From a virus (taxonomy: Duplodnaviria; Caudoviricetes): 64,000 nucleotides of DNA. The translations under genes and the position numbers were made by a program. Positions 20,273 through 29,917 of this stretch are shown here, one piece after another; the first letter of the stretch is position 1, and every line of letters begins with the position of its first letter. The stretch is from the IMG/VR virus record IMGVR_UViG_3300021964_009400; one strand, given 5' to 3'. The notes under the pieces were generated by a model. That model saw only the letters and a program-made list of their open reading frames with translations, made no database searches and was not told the DNA's origin.

Positions 20273-20536
20273 ATGACACCAGAAGAGTATTACTACAAAT
20301 ATATTAAAAAAGATAATGAAATACTCTATGAAATGAGAATAAAATCTCTTGGTTGGATGTTAGGTTGTTTTGAAAAAGGAACAATACGAAAAAAAACTAT
20401 CATAAATCTTATACCACTTTCAGAATTATATACACTTTTAGATTGGTTAGTAGAAAATGAAAGATACGAGGAGTGTGTTGTTGTAAAAAAAGTAATAGAT
20501 AAAATATACGAACCAAGTAAAAAACAAAAATTATGA
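20273..20536 (+). CDS. hypothetical protein with UVR-like motif
   Basis: LVENERYEECVVVKK. Confidence 0.55.
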   Translation: MTPEEYYYKYIKKDNEILYEMRIKSLGWMLGCFEKGTIRKKTIINLIPLSELYTLLDWLVENERYEECVVVKKVIDKIYEPSKKQKL

Positions 20537-21213
20537 TTGATTATAATGGAGGATTAGTTTTTTTAGGAGATTCATTTACTTGGGGACAGGGGTTACATTA
20601 TTACTATATGATAGAAAATCATGGATGGACTCAATTAGATTGTAAAAAGTTTTTTGATAGTCAAGATAGATTTGAATGGTTGGGATTTCAAGCAGATGAA
20701 TATAGAAGAAAATATTCATTCCCTTATTTAGTATCAAATAAATTAAATAAACTAATGATAACACCCTCATTTGAAAATGGAGGTGATAATAAATCGATAC
20801 TTGATAATTTAAAACGCATAAAATATTTTACTACAATTAACAATGTAGAAAATATAATAATACAATTTTCCACCCCAACAAGAAATTTGAATGAAAATGA
20901 ATACAAAACATTAGAACATCTTATATATACTCAAATTAAAAAAGTAGATGATGAATGTAAAAAAATGAACATAAAATGGATTGGATTTTCATGGGTACCT
21001 GAGTTTAGTATAATTCTTAAAAAATATTTTCCAAATAACTTCACACCAATTCAATATAAAAATAAAGAATATCATACTATTACTGAAAATGATGAAAATT
21101 TAAAAAAATTATTTTTTCCTTACGATTTAAAAATTAATGACGCACATCCAAATAAATTAGGACATGAAATCATATCAAAATCTATTATAAATAAACTAAA
21201 ACAAATCAAATGA
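20533..21213 (+). CDS. SGNH hydrolase-like protein
   Basis: FLGDSFTWGQG, NGGDN, QFSTPTR, DAHPNKLGH. Confidence 0.75.
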   Translation: MIDYNGGLVFLGDSFTWGQGLHYYYMIENHGWTQLDCKKFFDSQDRFEWLGFQADEYRRKYSFPYLVSNKLNKLMITPSFENGGDNKSILDNLKRIKYFTTINNVENIIIQFSTPTRNLNENEYKTLEHLIYTQIKKVDDECKKMNIKWIGFSWVPEFSIILKKYFPNNFTPIQYKNKEYHTITENDENLKKLFFPYDLKINDAHPNKLGHEIISKSIINKLKQIK

Positions 21214-21349
21214 AATCAAAAACAAAAAGAAAACAAGAGGTGATTAAAAACCTAACAAACACTATTCTAAAAGAATCTCAAAAGATTGGTGGGGGAAATA
21301 AAGAATTAATGAGTAAATTACAAATTAAATTAGATAATTTAATCCAACA

Positions 21350-22099
21350 ATGAAAAAACCTCTAGTAAAATTATTTGGGTGTTCATTTTCAGAACAATAT
21401 AACTCAACCTTTGAGGGTGGACCACTTAGAAATGGTTTATATGAATTTGATTTTGAAGGATATACCTTTCATAATTTTGGATATTCGAGTGCGAGTAATT
21501 ATAAGATATTCAATTTATTTGAAACAAATATAAAACCAAATGATACTTGTATTATACAATGGAGTTCACTTACCCGTCCACAAGAAGAGGACCATAATTT
21601 TATAGTAAAATCAGAAGAAAATCCTCTTTACTATTTTTTGGATAAATGGTATAAAATTTTGGAAAAGGTTCAAGAAATATCAAAAGAAAAAAATATTACA
21701 CTTATTCAACATATAGGATGGGCTCATTGGAAAGATAATGAATTAAACGAGTACCATAGAAACAAACTTAATTCATATAACATAATTTGGTATAGTTCAA
21801 AAGAGACGTGGGATAGAATAGATTCAAATTGTTATCAATTCGAACCCCCAAATGTATGGAGTTCGAGTGCGAAGAAATCTATACATGGAGGAGGAGAACC
21901 ATCTTATTTTTGGAGTGATTTAAAGTGGGGTGGAATGAGTGAGTGGATACGAGATAATATTGAAATAGAAAATAGATACCTTGGATATCATCATAAAGAA
22001 GCTCCTAATCATTTTGATTCTCATCCAAGTTTATATGCATCCAAAGTATTTTTCAAAAATCAAATGATAAAAAAACTTAACCAATTAAAGTTGATATAA
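21350..22099 (+). CDS. SGNH hydrolase-like protein
   Basis: LFGCSFSE, SSASN, QWSSLTR, DSHPS. Confidence 0.7.
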   Translation: MKKPLVKLFGCSFSEQYNSTFEGGPLRNGLYEFDFEGYTFHNFGYSSASNYKIFNLFETNIKPNDTCIIQWSSLTRPQEEDHNFIVKSEENPLYYFLDKWYKILEKVQEISKEKNITLIQHIGWAHWKDNELNEYHRNKLNSYNIIWYSSKETWDRIDSNCYQFEPPNVWSSSAKKSIHGGGEPSYFWSDLKWGGMSEWIRDNIEIENRYLGYHHKEAPNHFDSHPSLYASKVFFKNQMIKKLNQLKLI

Positions 22100-22301
22100 C
22101 GAATGAGACCCCCTTTGAACGATTTGAACCACAAGGTACTTATTTAAACCCCATTTAAACTACTTTATATAACTTTACTACTTAATACTTAATGAGTACC
22201 CCTATTGCCCTTATTGTTCGTTTGTTCGTTTGTCGTGGGGGGTCGAATGAGTCGTAGAAAAAATTTTTCACCCTTAATTTTTATTGATAGTATTTATTAA
22301 T

Positions 22302-22436
22302 ATGATTTGTAATAAGTGTAATATAGAAATGAAAAAGCCATTATATCAAGGTGAACATTACTATATTTGTGGAAAGTGTGGTAATGTTGATTATCCATAT
22401 GATATAGATAAGATAGTAGAGAGAGGAAGAGATTAA
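22302..22436 (+). CDS. zinc-ribbon microprotein (44 aa)
   Basis: MICNKC...YICGKCG, two CxxC pairs; TATTTAT just upstream. Confidence 0.65.
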   Translation: MICNKCNIEMKKPLYQGEHYYICGKCGNVDYPYDIDKIVERGRD

Positions 22437-22544
22437 CCTTATATACAATACTACTCAGTATAATACCTATATACACTAACCCCCTTACAGTACTAACCCT
22501 ATTAGCCCACACTTCCAATTCTTAATTTAGACTGCTTCTTTACT

Positions 22545-22597
22545 CCCCTTCCCCGTCTTTTCCCCAAGAGAAATCCCCTCGTACTCCCCACTCCCCC
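22545..22597 (-). repeat. six G4-5 tracts (G-quadruplex-forming on - strand, i-motif on +)
   Basis: C runs at 22545-48, 22551-54, 22562-65, 22575-78, 22586-89, 22593-97. Confidence 0.7.
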
Positions 22598-22972
22598 TAT
22601 ATAAGAGAGCAGAGAAATGAACTAAAGGGATGAGTGATTCCATTCCTCATTACATCCCCTTTCCCCTATGTTCAAACACTCCTAATTTAACCCCAAAAAA
22701 CCCTACTCAAAAGCATCCATTTTAACCACGTCTGAGAATGTATCCGTACCCCAATATTACACCTATTGAGAATAAACCTCTATAACACCTTAAAATCCTT
22801 ATACGAGGGTGTCTCACTTCATCTAACCTCTTAAAAGGTTGAAAAACACACCCTATATCATAATTCCTTATGTGATACTTCCCACTTTATGACACTTTAT
22901 ACTATTATATCAATATAGAGGGGCAGCTCTAGTCTCTCTTTATACGTCTCTATTTTTTTTCCAAGAGAAATG

Positions 22973-23122
22973 TGACACATTGTCATACCCCCCCTAATTA
23001 TCATATTCGCAATCCACCTCTTTTTGTACTATGACACATTGTCACCCGATACCTTTTTTTTCTAACAAAATGGGGATTTTCTTGCATTATTCGTAATTCC
23101 ACTTCCTTATGACATATTGTCA
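22973..23122. repeat. three TGAC-N5-GTCA palindromes (candidate protein-binding sites)
   Basis: TGACACATTGTCA 22973-22985 and 23032-23044; TGACATATTGTCA 23110-23122. Confidence 0.75.
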
Positions 23123-23131
23123 CTCTTTTTA

Positions 23132-23163
23132 TTTGGTGATGTGGAAAAAAAATCGTAACTTTA
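23132..23163 (+). promoter_or_regulatory. Bacteroidota-type promoter
   Basis: TTTG-N20-TAACTTTA, 10 bp downstream of the third palindrome. Confidence 0.6.
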
Positions 23164-23222
23164 GGGTGGTTGTGGGTGGGAGTGTACACACAGGAGTAAA
23201 CGAGTGGAGAGAAAAAAAAGTG

Positions 23223-23270
23223 AAAAAGACCATTGTAGTCTCAAATATTTTTCGTATATTAGTAGTGTAA
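23223..23270 (+). promoter_or_regulatory. repeated early promoter cassette, copy 4
   Basis: CCATTGTAGTCTC 23230-23242; TATATTAG 23255-23262. Confidence 0.75.
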
Positions 23271-23281
23271 TAATAAGTGAG

Positions 23282-23446
23282 ATGGCAAAAAAGATAAAAA
23301 AAGTAATCAGTAGAGGGGAGTTAGAGAGGATATTATTGAATCCTAACTTTATAGGGGATATGGAGAGTATCTCTAGTATGATGAACCCGAGAGTTTTATA
23401 TACTGTACTGAATAAGATTGAGAGATTTAACGGAATTAAATTATAA
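23282..23446 (+). CDS. small hypothetical early protein
   Basis: ATG 23282 downstream of promoter copy 4; the GTG 23204 extension runs through the promoter. Confidence 0.55.
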   Translation: MAKKIKKVISRGELERILLNPNFIGDMESISSMMNPRVLYTVLNKIERFNGIKL

Positions 23447-23451
23447 AAAGT

Positions 23452-23640
23452 ATGAGAGACAAAATCAAAATGGGTGGAATTGGAGTGGTATCTGCATTAA
23501 TTATATTATCAGTACCGCTATTTATTAAGTTTTTCTTTCGAGGTATTCTTATGATAATGAATAATCCTTTGGAAAGCGTGGGGTTTTTCGGACTCCTGTT
23601 TGGAGTAACACTTATCTATATTCTACTTACCGAAAAATAA
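23452..23640 (+). CDS. small membrane protein
   Basis: Two hydrophobic segments. Confidence 0.6.
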   Translation: MRDKIKMGGIGVVSALIILSVPLFIKFFFRGILMIMNNPLESVGFFGLLFGVTLIYILLTEK

Positions 23641-23656
23641 ATGCAAAAAAATGAAG

Positions 23657-23702
23657 AAAAGCCATTGTAGTCTCAGTTTTTTTTCGTATATTAGTCATGT
23701 AA
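23657..23702 (+). promoter_or_regulatory. repeated early promoter cassette, copy 5
   Basis: CCATTGTAGTCTC 23662-23674; TATATTAG 23687-23694. Confidence 0.75.
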
Positions 23703-24009
23703 TATGATTGATGATTGAGAAAATAGGGTTTGATTCCCTCTCTAGTTAATCGAAAAGACCTCTCCCTTGTAGATATAGGGGGCCGTCAGTAGTGGTTGGG
23801 AGATACACCTACTATAAAAACTGAATCTCTTTTAAAAATAACGGTGTAAGTCTTTATAGGAAATGAAAGATACTCGAGCTACCGTAAATCAGCCATCGGT
23901 TAGGGGTTTCCGATGGTATCAATAGGGTGATTACTCACTCTCTCCTATCCTAAAGTGTTCGTCCGAACCACCCACTAAGTTGTATCACCCTTCTTAGTGG
24001 GTTTTTTTT
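23702..24009 (+). ncRNA. candidate structured non-coding RNA (~300 nt)
   Basis: Between promoter copy 5 and a terminator; no ORF; GC-richer with several stems (CCATCGG/CCGATGG, ACGGT/ACCGT, TCTTT/AAAGA, ATAGG/CCTAT with GTGA/TCAC). Confidence 0.65.
23971..24009 (+). terminator. intrinsic terminator
   Basis: CCCACTAAG/CTTAGTGGG 9-bp stem followed by T8. Confidence 0.8.
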
Positions 24010-24046
24010 ATCCAATTGTTAATAACTTTTGACGAAAATAATTCAA

Positions 24047-24092
24047 AAAAGCCATTGTAGTCTCAAAAAAAAATCGTATATTGGTGGTGTAA
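24047..24092 (+). promoter_or_regulatory. repeated early promoter cassette, copy 6
   Basis: CCATTGTAGTCTC 24052-24064; TATATTGG from 24077. Confidence 0.7.
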
Positions 24093-24094
24093 TA

Positions 24095-24442
24095 ATGAGT
24101 AAGAGTTTAAACATTAAAATAAATAAAAATATGAGTAAAATAATAGGTTCAGCGTTAAAAGAGTTAAAATCAGTAGGTTCGTGTATTGATATAGATTTAG
24201 GGATTGTATATCCATTAAATGAAGATAGTACTCCTGATTGGGATTCACCAATAGAATTATTAGATGATGAGGTATCCTCAGAATGGATTGCGGCCTTATC
24301 TTCTGAAGATTACCAAATATGTAAACCCTTTATAGAATCAATAGATGTAAAACAACTAGCAAATGATGTTATCAAATATGGAATATTAGAAACAAAAGAA
24401 TCAAAAGAATTAACCAATTGGATAATGAATAGAAATATGTAA
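24095..24442 (+). CDS. hypothetical early protein
   Basis: ATG 24095 after promoter; TTG 24029 extension overlaps the promoter. Confidence 0.65.
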   Translation: MSKSLNIKINKNMSKIIGSALKELKSVGSCIDIDLGIVYPLNEDSTPDWDSPIELLDDEVSSEWIAALSSEDYQICKPFIESIDVKQLANDVIKYGILETKESKELTNWIMNRNM

Positions 24443-24462
24443 ACCCTTTATAGAATCGTAAT

Positions 24463-24651
24463 ATGTACACAAACGAAAGATTAGAACAACATTATCATAA
24501 TGAAGCCCGTACCTTTATGGAACTTCTTGATATGAAGTATAAAATGCGGAATAGAATTTCACTTGATGAGTACCTTATAGAGTATAAGGATATACTAAGT
24601 AATAAAGAAAAAGAAAGAGGAGAAGTTCTGATAAACTTAATTACCAACTAA
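24463..24651 (+). CDS. hypothetical protein
   Basis: 62-aa ORF in tandem array. Confidence 0.55.
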   Translation: MYTNERLEQHYHNEARTFMELLDMKYKMRNRISLDEYLIEYKDILSNKEKERGEVLINLITN

Positions 24652-24728
24652 AAAAGATTGCGGGTAGATGTAGTAATACCTATATAGACCCATACACTAT
24701 AAACACTAATACTAATAACAAACACTAT

Positions 24729-24971
24729 ATGGAAGGAACAATATTTAAACACAGAAATTGTATAATAGAAAAAACACCTACTAACACTATACCAGATATG
24801 GTGACGATAACCAAGACACCTAAACTAAGAGAAGATTTCTTAGGTAAAAGATACATCAACTTAGAAGCGGCCTTTAAACAAATAGAGTTGTTCGAAGATA
24901 TGAGGTTGATAAGAAGTAAGGAGAAATATGTAAAAGCACAACTAATTGATGTTGTGGTAGTGGAAGAGTAG
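24729..24971 (+). CDS. hypothetical protein
   Basis: 80-aa ORF. Confidence 0.6.
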   Translation: MEGTIFKHRNCIIEKTPTNTIPDMVTITKTPKLREDFLGKRYINLEAAFKQIELFEDMRLIRSKEKYVKAQLIDVVVVEE

Positions 24972-25553
24972 TGGAGGTTTCTTGTAACTGAGCAGGTCGC
25001 AGGTCATGTAGTTGAGCTCGGAGTGGTTTTTTTATCGAGGTTGACTTTTTACCCTATGGAAAAAACACCCTATACTAACCCTATGGTTAGGTTGCTCTAT
25101 CACATTGTAGACCTGCACACTTAAGGTAGGGAGTACGAGGTTTAAAATTTAAAATAAAAATTATATGTTAATAATAAAAAGAAAAAAGGGCGAAGATATG
25201 GATAAGATGTTAAAGAGATATAAATCTAAAGTTAAAAGGACAAAACTTATTGAGGAAGTTAGGGGTAGAACGAATTATACTAAGAAGAGTGTTAAGAAAA
25301 GAAAATTACTGAATAAGGGGAAGTGGATTCAGTCTATCGTTAGTAGTATGGAGTAGTTTTATATAGGTATTACTATATACACTATATGGGTCTATATTAT
25401 TATTGTTACCGATAATGTGTTTTAATCGAGGTTATGAATTTTATGAGAAACTTGATTTTATGGATAAAAGTTATCCTTATCAGATTACCTAAAGAAATAT
25501 GGTATCAGATAGAACAACTATATTATGATGAAAAACTTAAAAAAAATTAAATT

Positions 25554-25748
25554 ATGACTGTATTAATATTTCTATTGGGTAGTATTGTATTTATCTTATT
25601 CATAACTTCATTTACATCAGAAGTTAAAAAACTTGAAGATATCGATTATGAGAACTACTATGAAAGACATTCTATACAAAGAAAGAAGAATCCTAAAACA
25701 AAGAAAGGTTCACAAAGTAGAATGAAAAATTACAATTGGAAAAAATAA
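25554..25748 (+). CDS. small membrane-anchored protein
   Basis: N-terminal hydrophobic helix, basic tail. Confidence 0.55.
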   Translation: MTVLIFLLGSIVFILFITSFTSEVKKLEDIDYENYYERHSIQRKKNPKTKKGSQSRMKNYNWKK

Positions 25749-26470
25749 AATTTTTGGAAAAAAATAAAATATATAACGAAGATTGTTTGGTTACACTATC
25801 AAAGATGGAAGATAATTCTATTGATTTAATTGTAACATCACCTCCTTATAATAAAGGTCATTGGTTGAGAAACAAATCAAAAACCAATGGTTGGATTAGA
25901 ACTATTGAATACGAAAGTTTCAATGATGATTTATCACATGAAGAATATGTTGATTGGCAGAAAAAAGTGATTAGTGAGTGTTTAAGAGTTTTAAAACCAA
26001 CCGGTTCTTTATTCTACAATCACATAGATATAATGAATAATCATATAACCATACATCCAACTTGGGTATATGAGTTTCCACTTAAACAAGTAATCATTTG
26101 GGATAAGTGTGGAACTCCAAAGATTGACAAGTCTTATTTCATGCCATTTACAGAGTGGATATTTTGGATTAAGAAAGAAAAAGATTCTATACCTTACTTT
26201 GATAGAAGTAATGCACTTTTTAAAAAGAACATTTGGTCAATACCAAGAAGTCAAGAATCAAACCACCCAGCTCCATTTGCAGAAAAGATGGTAGAAAATG
26301 TAGTTTTATCTTGTAGTAAAGAAGGTGATGTAGTTTATGACCCATTCATGGGTAGTGGAACAACTTACAAAGTGAGTAGAAAACACAACCGAAATGTAAT
26401 CGGTAGTGAGATTAGTGAAGAATATACTAAACTTGGTGAAAGTAAAGTAAATAAACACAAGTTTTTTTAA
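25736..26470 (+). CDS. DNA methyltransferase (N4-C/N6-A, beta class)
   Basis: Motif IV VTSPPYN; HPAPF; motif I YDPFMGSGTT. Confidence 0.9.
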   Translation: MEKIKFLEKNKIYNEDCLVTLSKMEDNSIDLIVTSPPYNKGHWLRNKSKTNGWIRTIEYESFNDDLSHEEYVDWQKKVISECLRVLKPTGSLFYNHIDIMNNHITIHPTWVYEFPLKQVIIWDKCGTPKIDKSYFMPFTEWIFWIKKEKDSIPYFDRSNALFKKNIWSIPRSQESNHPAPFAEKMVENVVLSCSKEGDVVYDPFMGSGTTYKVSRKHNRNVIGSEISEEYTKLGESKVNKHKFF

Positions 26471-27238
26471 TGGAAATAAATAAAATTATGAATAAAATAT
26501 ATAACGAAGATTGTTTAGAAACTATGAAGAAAATGGAGGACAACTCTATTGACTTGGTAGTTACATCCCCTCCATATTATAATGCTCGTGAATATGTTGA
26601 ATATAAAGATGTTGATGACTATATGAATAAAATGAAAACCATATTTTCATCATTATACAATAAGGTAAAGGAAAGTAGAATGGTGGTGGTAAATATATCA
26701 CCTGTATTAGTTCCAAGAGAAAATAGAAACTCACAAAGTTATAGAATACCACTTCCTTTTTATTTTGTTCCTATGATGGAAGAAATCGGATATGAGTTTT
26801 TAGAAGATATAATATGGGAAAAACCAAGTGGGGGCAGTTCCAAATAGAAATGGTGGATTTTTTCAACATAGAAAACCATTGGCATATAAACCAAATATAG
26901 TAACTGAATATGTATTGGTATTTAAGAAAAAATCAGATAAACTAATAGACCACTTCTTAAAAGACGAACCAATAGAAGGTGAGTATGAGAAAACTAATAT
27001 TTGGAGAATACAACCAGAAACAAAAGTAAAACATCTTGCACCTTATCCACAAAAGTTGGTAGAAAATATAATAAAATACTATTCCTATAAAAATGAGTTA
27101 GTGTATGACCCTTTTATGGGTAGTGGGACAACAGCTATTGTTTGTGAAAAACTTAATAGAAACTTTGTTGGTAGTGAAATACATAAAGAATATGTAGAAC
27201 TATCATATAGTAGATTGGTAAAAACTGGAAATAAATAA
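26470..27238 (+). pseudogene. second beta-class DNA methyltransferase split by a +1 frameshift in a G5 run
   Basis: ORF 26470-26847 has VTSPPYY, ORF 26828-27238 has HLAPYP and YDPFMGSGTT; removing one G from 26830-26834 gives a 255-aa frame (KPSGAVPNRNGGF). Confidence 0.85.
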
Positions 27239-27576
27239 AATTATAAATTATGTTTAAACATTGGTTATCAGAAGAAGATAAAAAAATAGATAAAGAAAAT
27301 GGAATTAATAGGAGACCTGATTTAGGGTGTTTTATTATTATACTCGGCACTATACTATTTTGGTGTGGGGTATTCTGGACTATTACAATAATAGAAATTT
27401 AAATTAAATACTATGATAGAAATTAGAGAAGATGATTACTACTCATTTTGTGCTGATGTAGATACATTACTTTACAATATGGGAATTGGTTCAAGAATAA
27501 ATCCTTTATTTGCATGGGATATGTTATGTGAAACTGCTAAAAAAGATATGAAAGAATAATTAATAAATAAGAAAAT

Positions 27577-27927
27577 ATGGAATTAAGTGATGAAACAATT
27601 ATAAACCTATTAGCAATAGGTACATTAATATTTGCGGTATTATTAAGTATAGTAATTAGAAATACAAAAATACACAAGGTACTAACTTTTATCTTCTACC
27701 CTTTAATAAAACTCAAAGATTTTTTAGATGGAAACTATTGGGCAGATAAGATAGGTGAAAAGAGTGGAGCATATGAAAAGGCAAGAAACTCTAAATTTAG
27801 AAAATGGGTGGATAGTTTAGAAGGTTGGAAATGGTGGACATGGCAAATAGTTGGTGGTATTGTATTTATTATTGTTTTGGAAACTATTCTAAATTTAATA
27901 GGTTTAACTATGTTACCTTGGAAATAA
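27577..27927 (+). CDS. membrane protein
   Basis: Two hydrophobic helices, Trp-rich. Confidence 0.65.
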   Translation: MELSDETIINLLAIGTLIFAVLLSIVIRNTKIHKVLTFIFYPLIKLKDFLDGNYWADKIGEKSGAYEKARNSKFRKWVDSLEGWKWWTWQIVGGIVFIIVLETILNLIGLTMLPWK

Positions 27928-28073
27928 AAAAACAATTAAAAAAAAAGATATGAAAAATTACTTAAAGGTTATTTACCTTATTTCAACAATTGCCATTATT
28001 ATTAGTATTGGTATAAGATTAACAACAGATAAAGATATTGTTTGGCCAGTAATAGCATTACTTTGGTGTGTAA

Positions 28074-28352
28074 ATGCAGCTCAAAGTGATTATAAACTTA
28101 CAAATAAAAAAGATTGTAAATGTAACTAATATGTACAACAACGCAACTTTTGTAGATAAAGAACAATTAAAACATCTTAAAAAATTAGATTCGTGGTTAG
28201 CAGATAATATGTACGAATTTGGAGAAGATGTTGTCAGTAAAGTTAGAGAGTTAATTACAAAGATTGAACAAAAGGGATATTACTATGAATCAGAAGCAGA
28301 ACTTTTAAATATGTTTGCTAATGAATATAATATTCAAAAAAGAAAAAAATGA
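28074..28352 (+). CDS. small helical phage protein (paralog family)
   Basis: KVRELITKIEQKGYYYESEAELLN resembles 31200 ORF; true start probably downstream. Confidence 0.55.
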   Translation: MQLKVIINLQIKKIVNVTNMYNNATFVDKEQLKHLKKLDSWLADNMYEFGEDVVSKVRELITKIEQKGYYYESEAELLNMFANEYNIQKRKK

Positions 28353-28477
28353 AAACTCCTTCACAAATAGAAGATGAAAAAATAACACTAGGTATTGTAG
28401 GTTGTATGATTCCCTTGTTGCTATTAGGATGTTTATTCGCATATTTATTTGTCAAGATTATAACTGAATGGTAACAG

Positions 28478-28705
28478 ATGGTATTAAACAAATATAAATT
28501 TGAAGATGAACATTATCTTCTGTTAAGTAAACTACAAAAGTGGACTGCAGAAAAAATGACTGCATTCGATGATATATACTATCAATCAGAATGTATGAAT
28601 ACTATAAACAAATTAACTAAACTTAAACAAAAACAATTTTATACATTCGAAGAAAAAATTTGGTTAAACCAAATAAGAAGTCAGTATATTGTTGATAAGT
28701 GTTAA
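28478..28705 (+). CDS. small helical phage protein (paralog family)
   Basis: FYTFEEKIWLNQIR. Confidence 0.55.
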   Translation: MVLNKYKFEDEHYLLLSKLQKWTAEKMTAFDDIYYQSECMNTINKLTKLKQKQFYTFEEKIWLNQIRSQYIVDKC

Positions 28706-28709
28706 AGAG

Positions 28710-29594
28710 ATGAAAAAAAAATATTTAGTTGCCTGTGGTGATTCCTTTACTAAAGGACATATACAAGGAGAAGTTGCAAGTTGGGCAACTTATGTTGGAC
28801 CAAAACTTGGATTAGAAACCATAAACATAGCCTGTGGTGGTATGTCAAACGATTGGATTTGTAATACAACACTTACTTGGTTAATGAAAAACAAAGAAAA
28901 AGCCAAAGAATGTGTAGTTATGATAGGCTGGTCTGAATTTGGTAGACAGTATAATATATATCAACCAATTATAGAAGGTGATTTTCCAAACACAAGATGG
29001 ACTGTAACCATATCTCCATGGGATTTTGCACCTAATTTTGTTGATATTAATGACCCACAAATCCCACAAGCCCTTAAAGAAATAGAAATAAATAAAAAAG
29101 CACTACAACCTTGGTTCGGTTCAATATCAGATGCCTTACATAAAACTTACAGGTCTATACTTTTTGTAAAAGAATATTGTGAATCTAATAATATTCCTTA
29201 TTTATTTTTCGATATGATTGATAATCAGAAGGGAATTTTTACTCCAATACCTACAGGTGATAATCAAGATGGTCAAAACTATACTATACAAGTTAGAAAT
29301 AGAACTAAGAACAATGATGATGAATGGGAATATTTAAATTGTGGTGAAGTAAGACACGACCAACTTGATTTACTTACACCTGAATTAACCGAATATTTGT
29401 GGGATAACCACTATTGTTCTATACGAGATGAAAACTCTGTATTAGGATTTTTAGAAAATTATCCAGATGAAACTCTTGGTGGACAAGAGGGTGGGTATAT
29501 GAAAGGAAATCCTGGTCACTTAAACATTGAAGGAGCAAAATGGTTATCCGAATATGTTGTAAATTGGTATAAATCGATTTATAATATTAATTAG
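28710..29594 (+). CDS. SGNH hydrolase-like protein
   Basis: ACGDSFTKG, ACGGMSND, GWSEFGR, PGHLNIEG; ATG 28710. Confidence 0.75.
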   Translation: MKKKYLVACGDSFTKGHIQGEVASWATYVGPKLGLETINIACGGMSNDWICNTTLTWLMKNKEKAKECVVMIGWSEFGRQYNIYQPIIEGDFPNTRWTVTISPWDFAPNFVDINDPQIPQALKEIEINKKALQPWFGSISDALHKTYRSILFVKEYCESNNIPYLFFDMIDNQKGIFTPIPTGDNQDGQNYTIQVRNRTKNNDDEWEYLNCGEVRHDQLDLLTPELTEYLWDNHYCSIRDENSVLGFLENYPDETLGGQEGGYMKGNPGHLNIEGAKWLSEYVVNWYKSIYNIN

Positions 29595-29626
29595 ATGATA
29601 TTTATAGGTAAATAATTTACCTAACA

Positions 29627-29917
29627 ATGAGTGAAGAAAATAAAAAATTGGCTCACGAATTGTGGGCTGAAGGTTGTAACAATAGTTATGATATATTAAT
29701 GGGTGTTCATACTGAAAAATCATTATATCAAAAACTGAAAAGAGAACCTTTCATTCTCCACGATTTAACTAAACCTCTAATTGATACTGAAGTTTTGAGG
29801 GAAATGGCTAATTACTTTCAATCTCAAAAGAATCTTACCAAAACAAAAATTTTACTAAACTACATTCAACACATATTCTTGGTTGATAAACTTTTTATAT
29901 CCAATGAGAGAAATTAA
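29627..29917 (+). CDS. hypothetical protein
   Basis: 96-aa ORF after ATATTTATA motif. Confidence 0.65.
   Translation: MSEENKKLAHELWAEGCNNSYDILMGVHTEKSLYQKLKREPFILHDLTKPLIDTEVLREMANYFQSQKNLTKTKILLNYIQHIFLVDKLFISNERN

Larger units (their letters stand above)
22100..23281. other. long mostly non-coding control region (candidate replication origin or genome-terminus region)
   Basis: Only one 44-aa ORF; dense CCCC tracts, degenerate repeats and palindromes; followed by clustered promoters. Confidence 0.55.
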
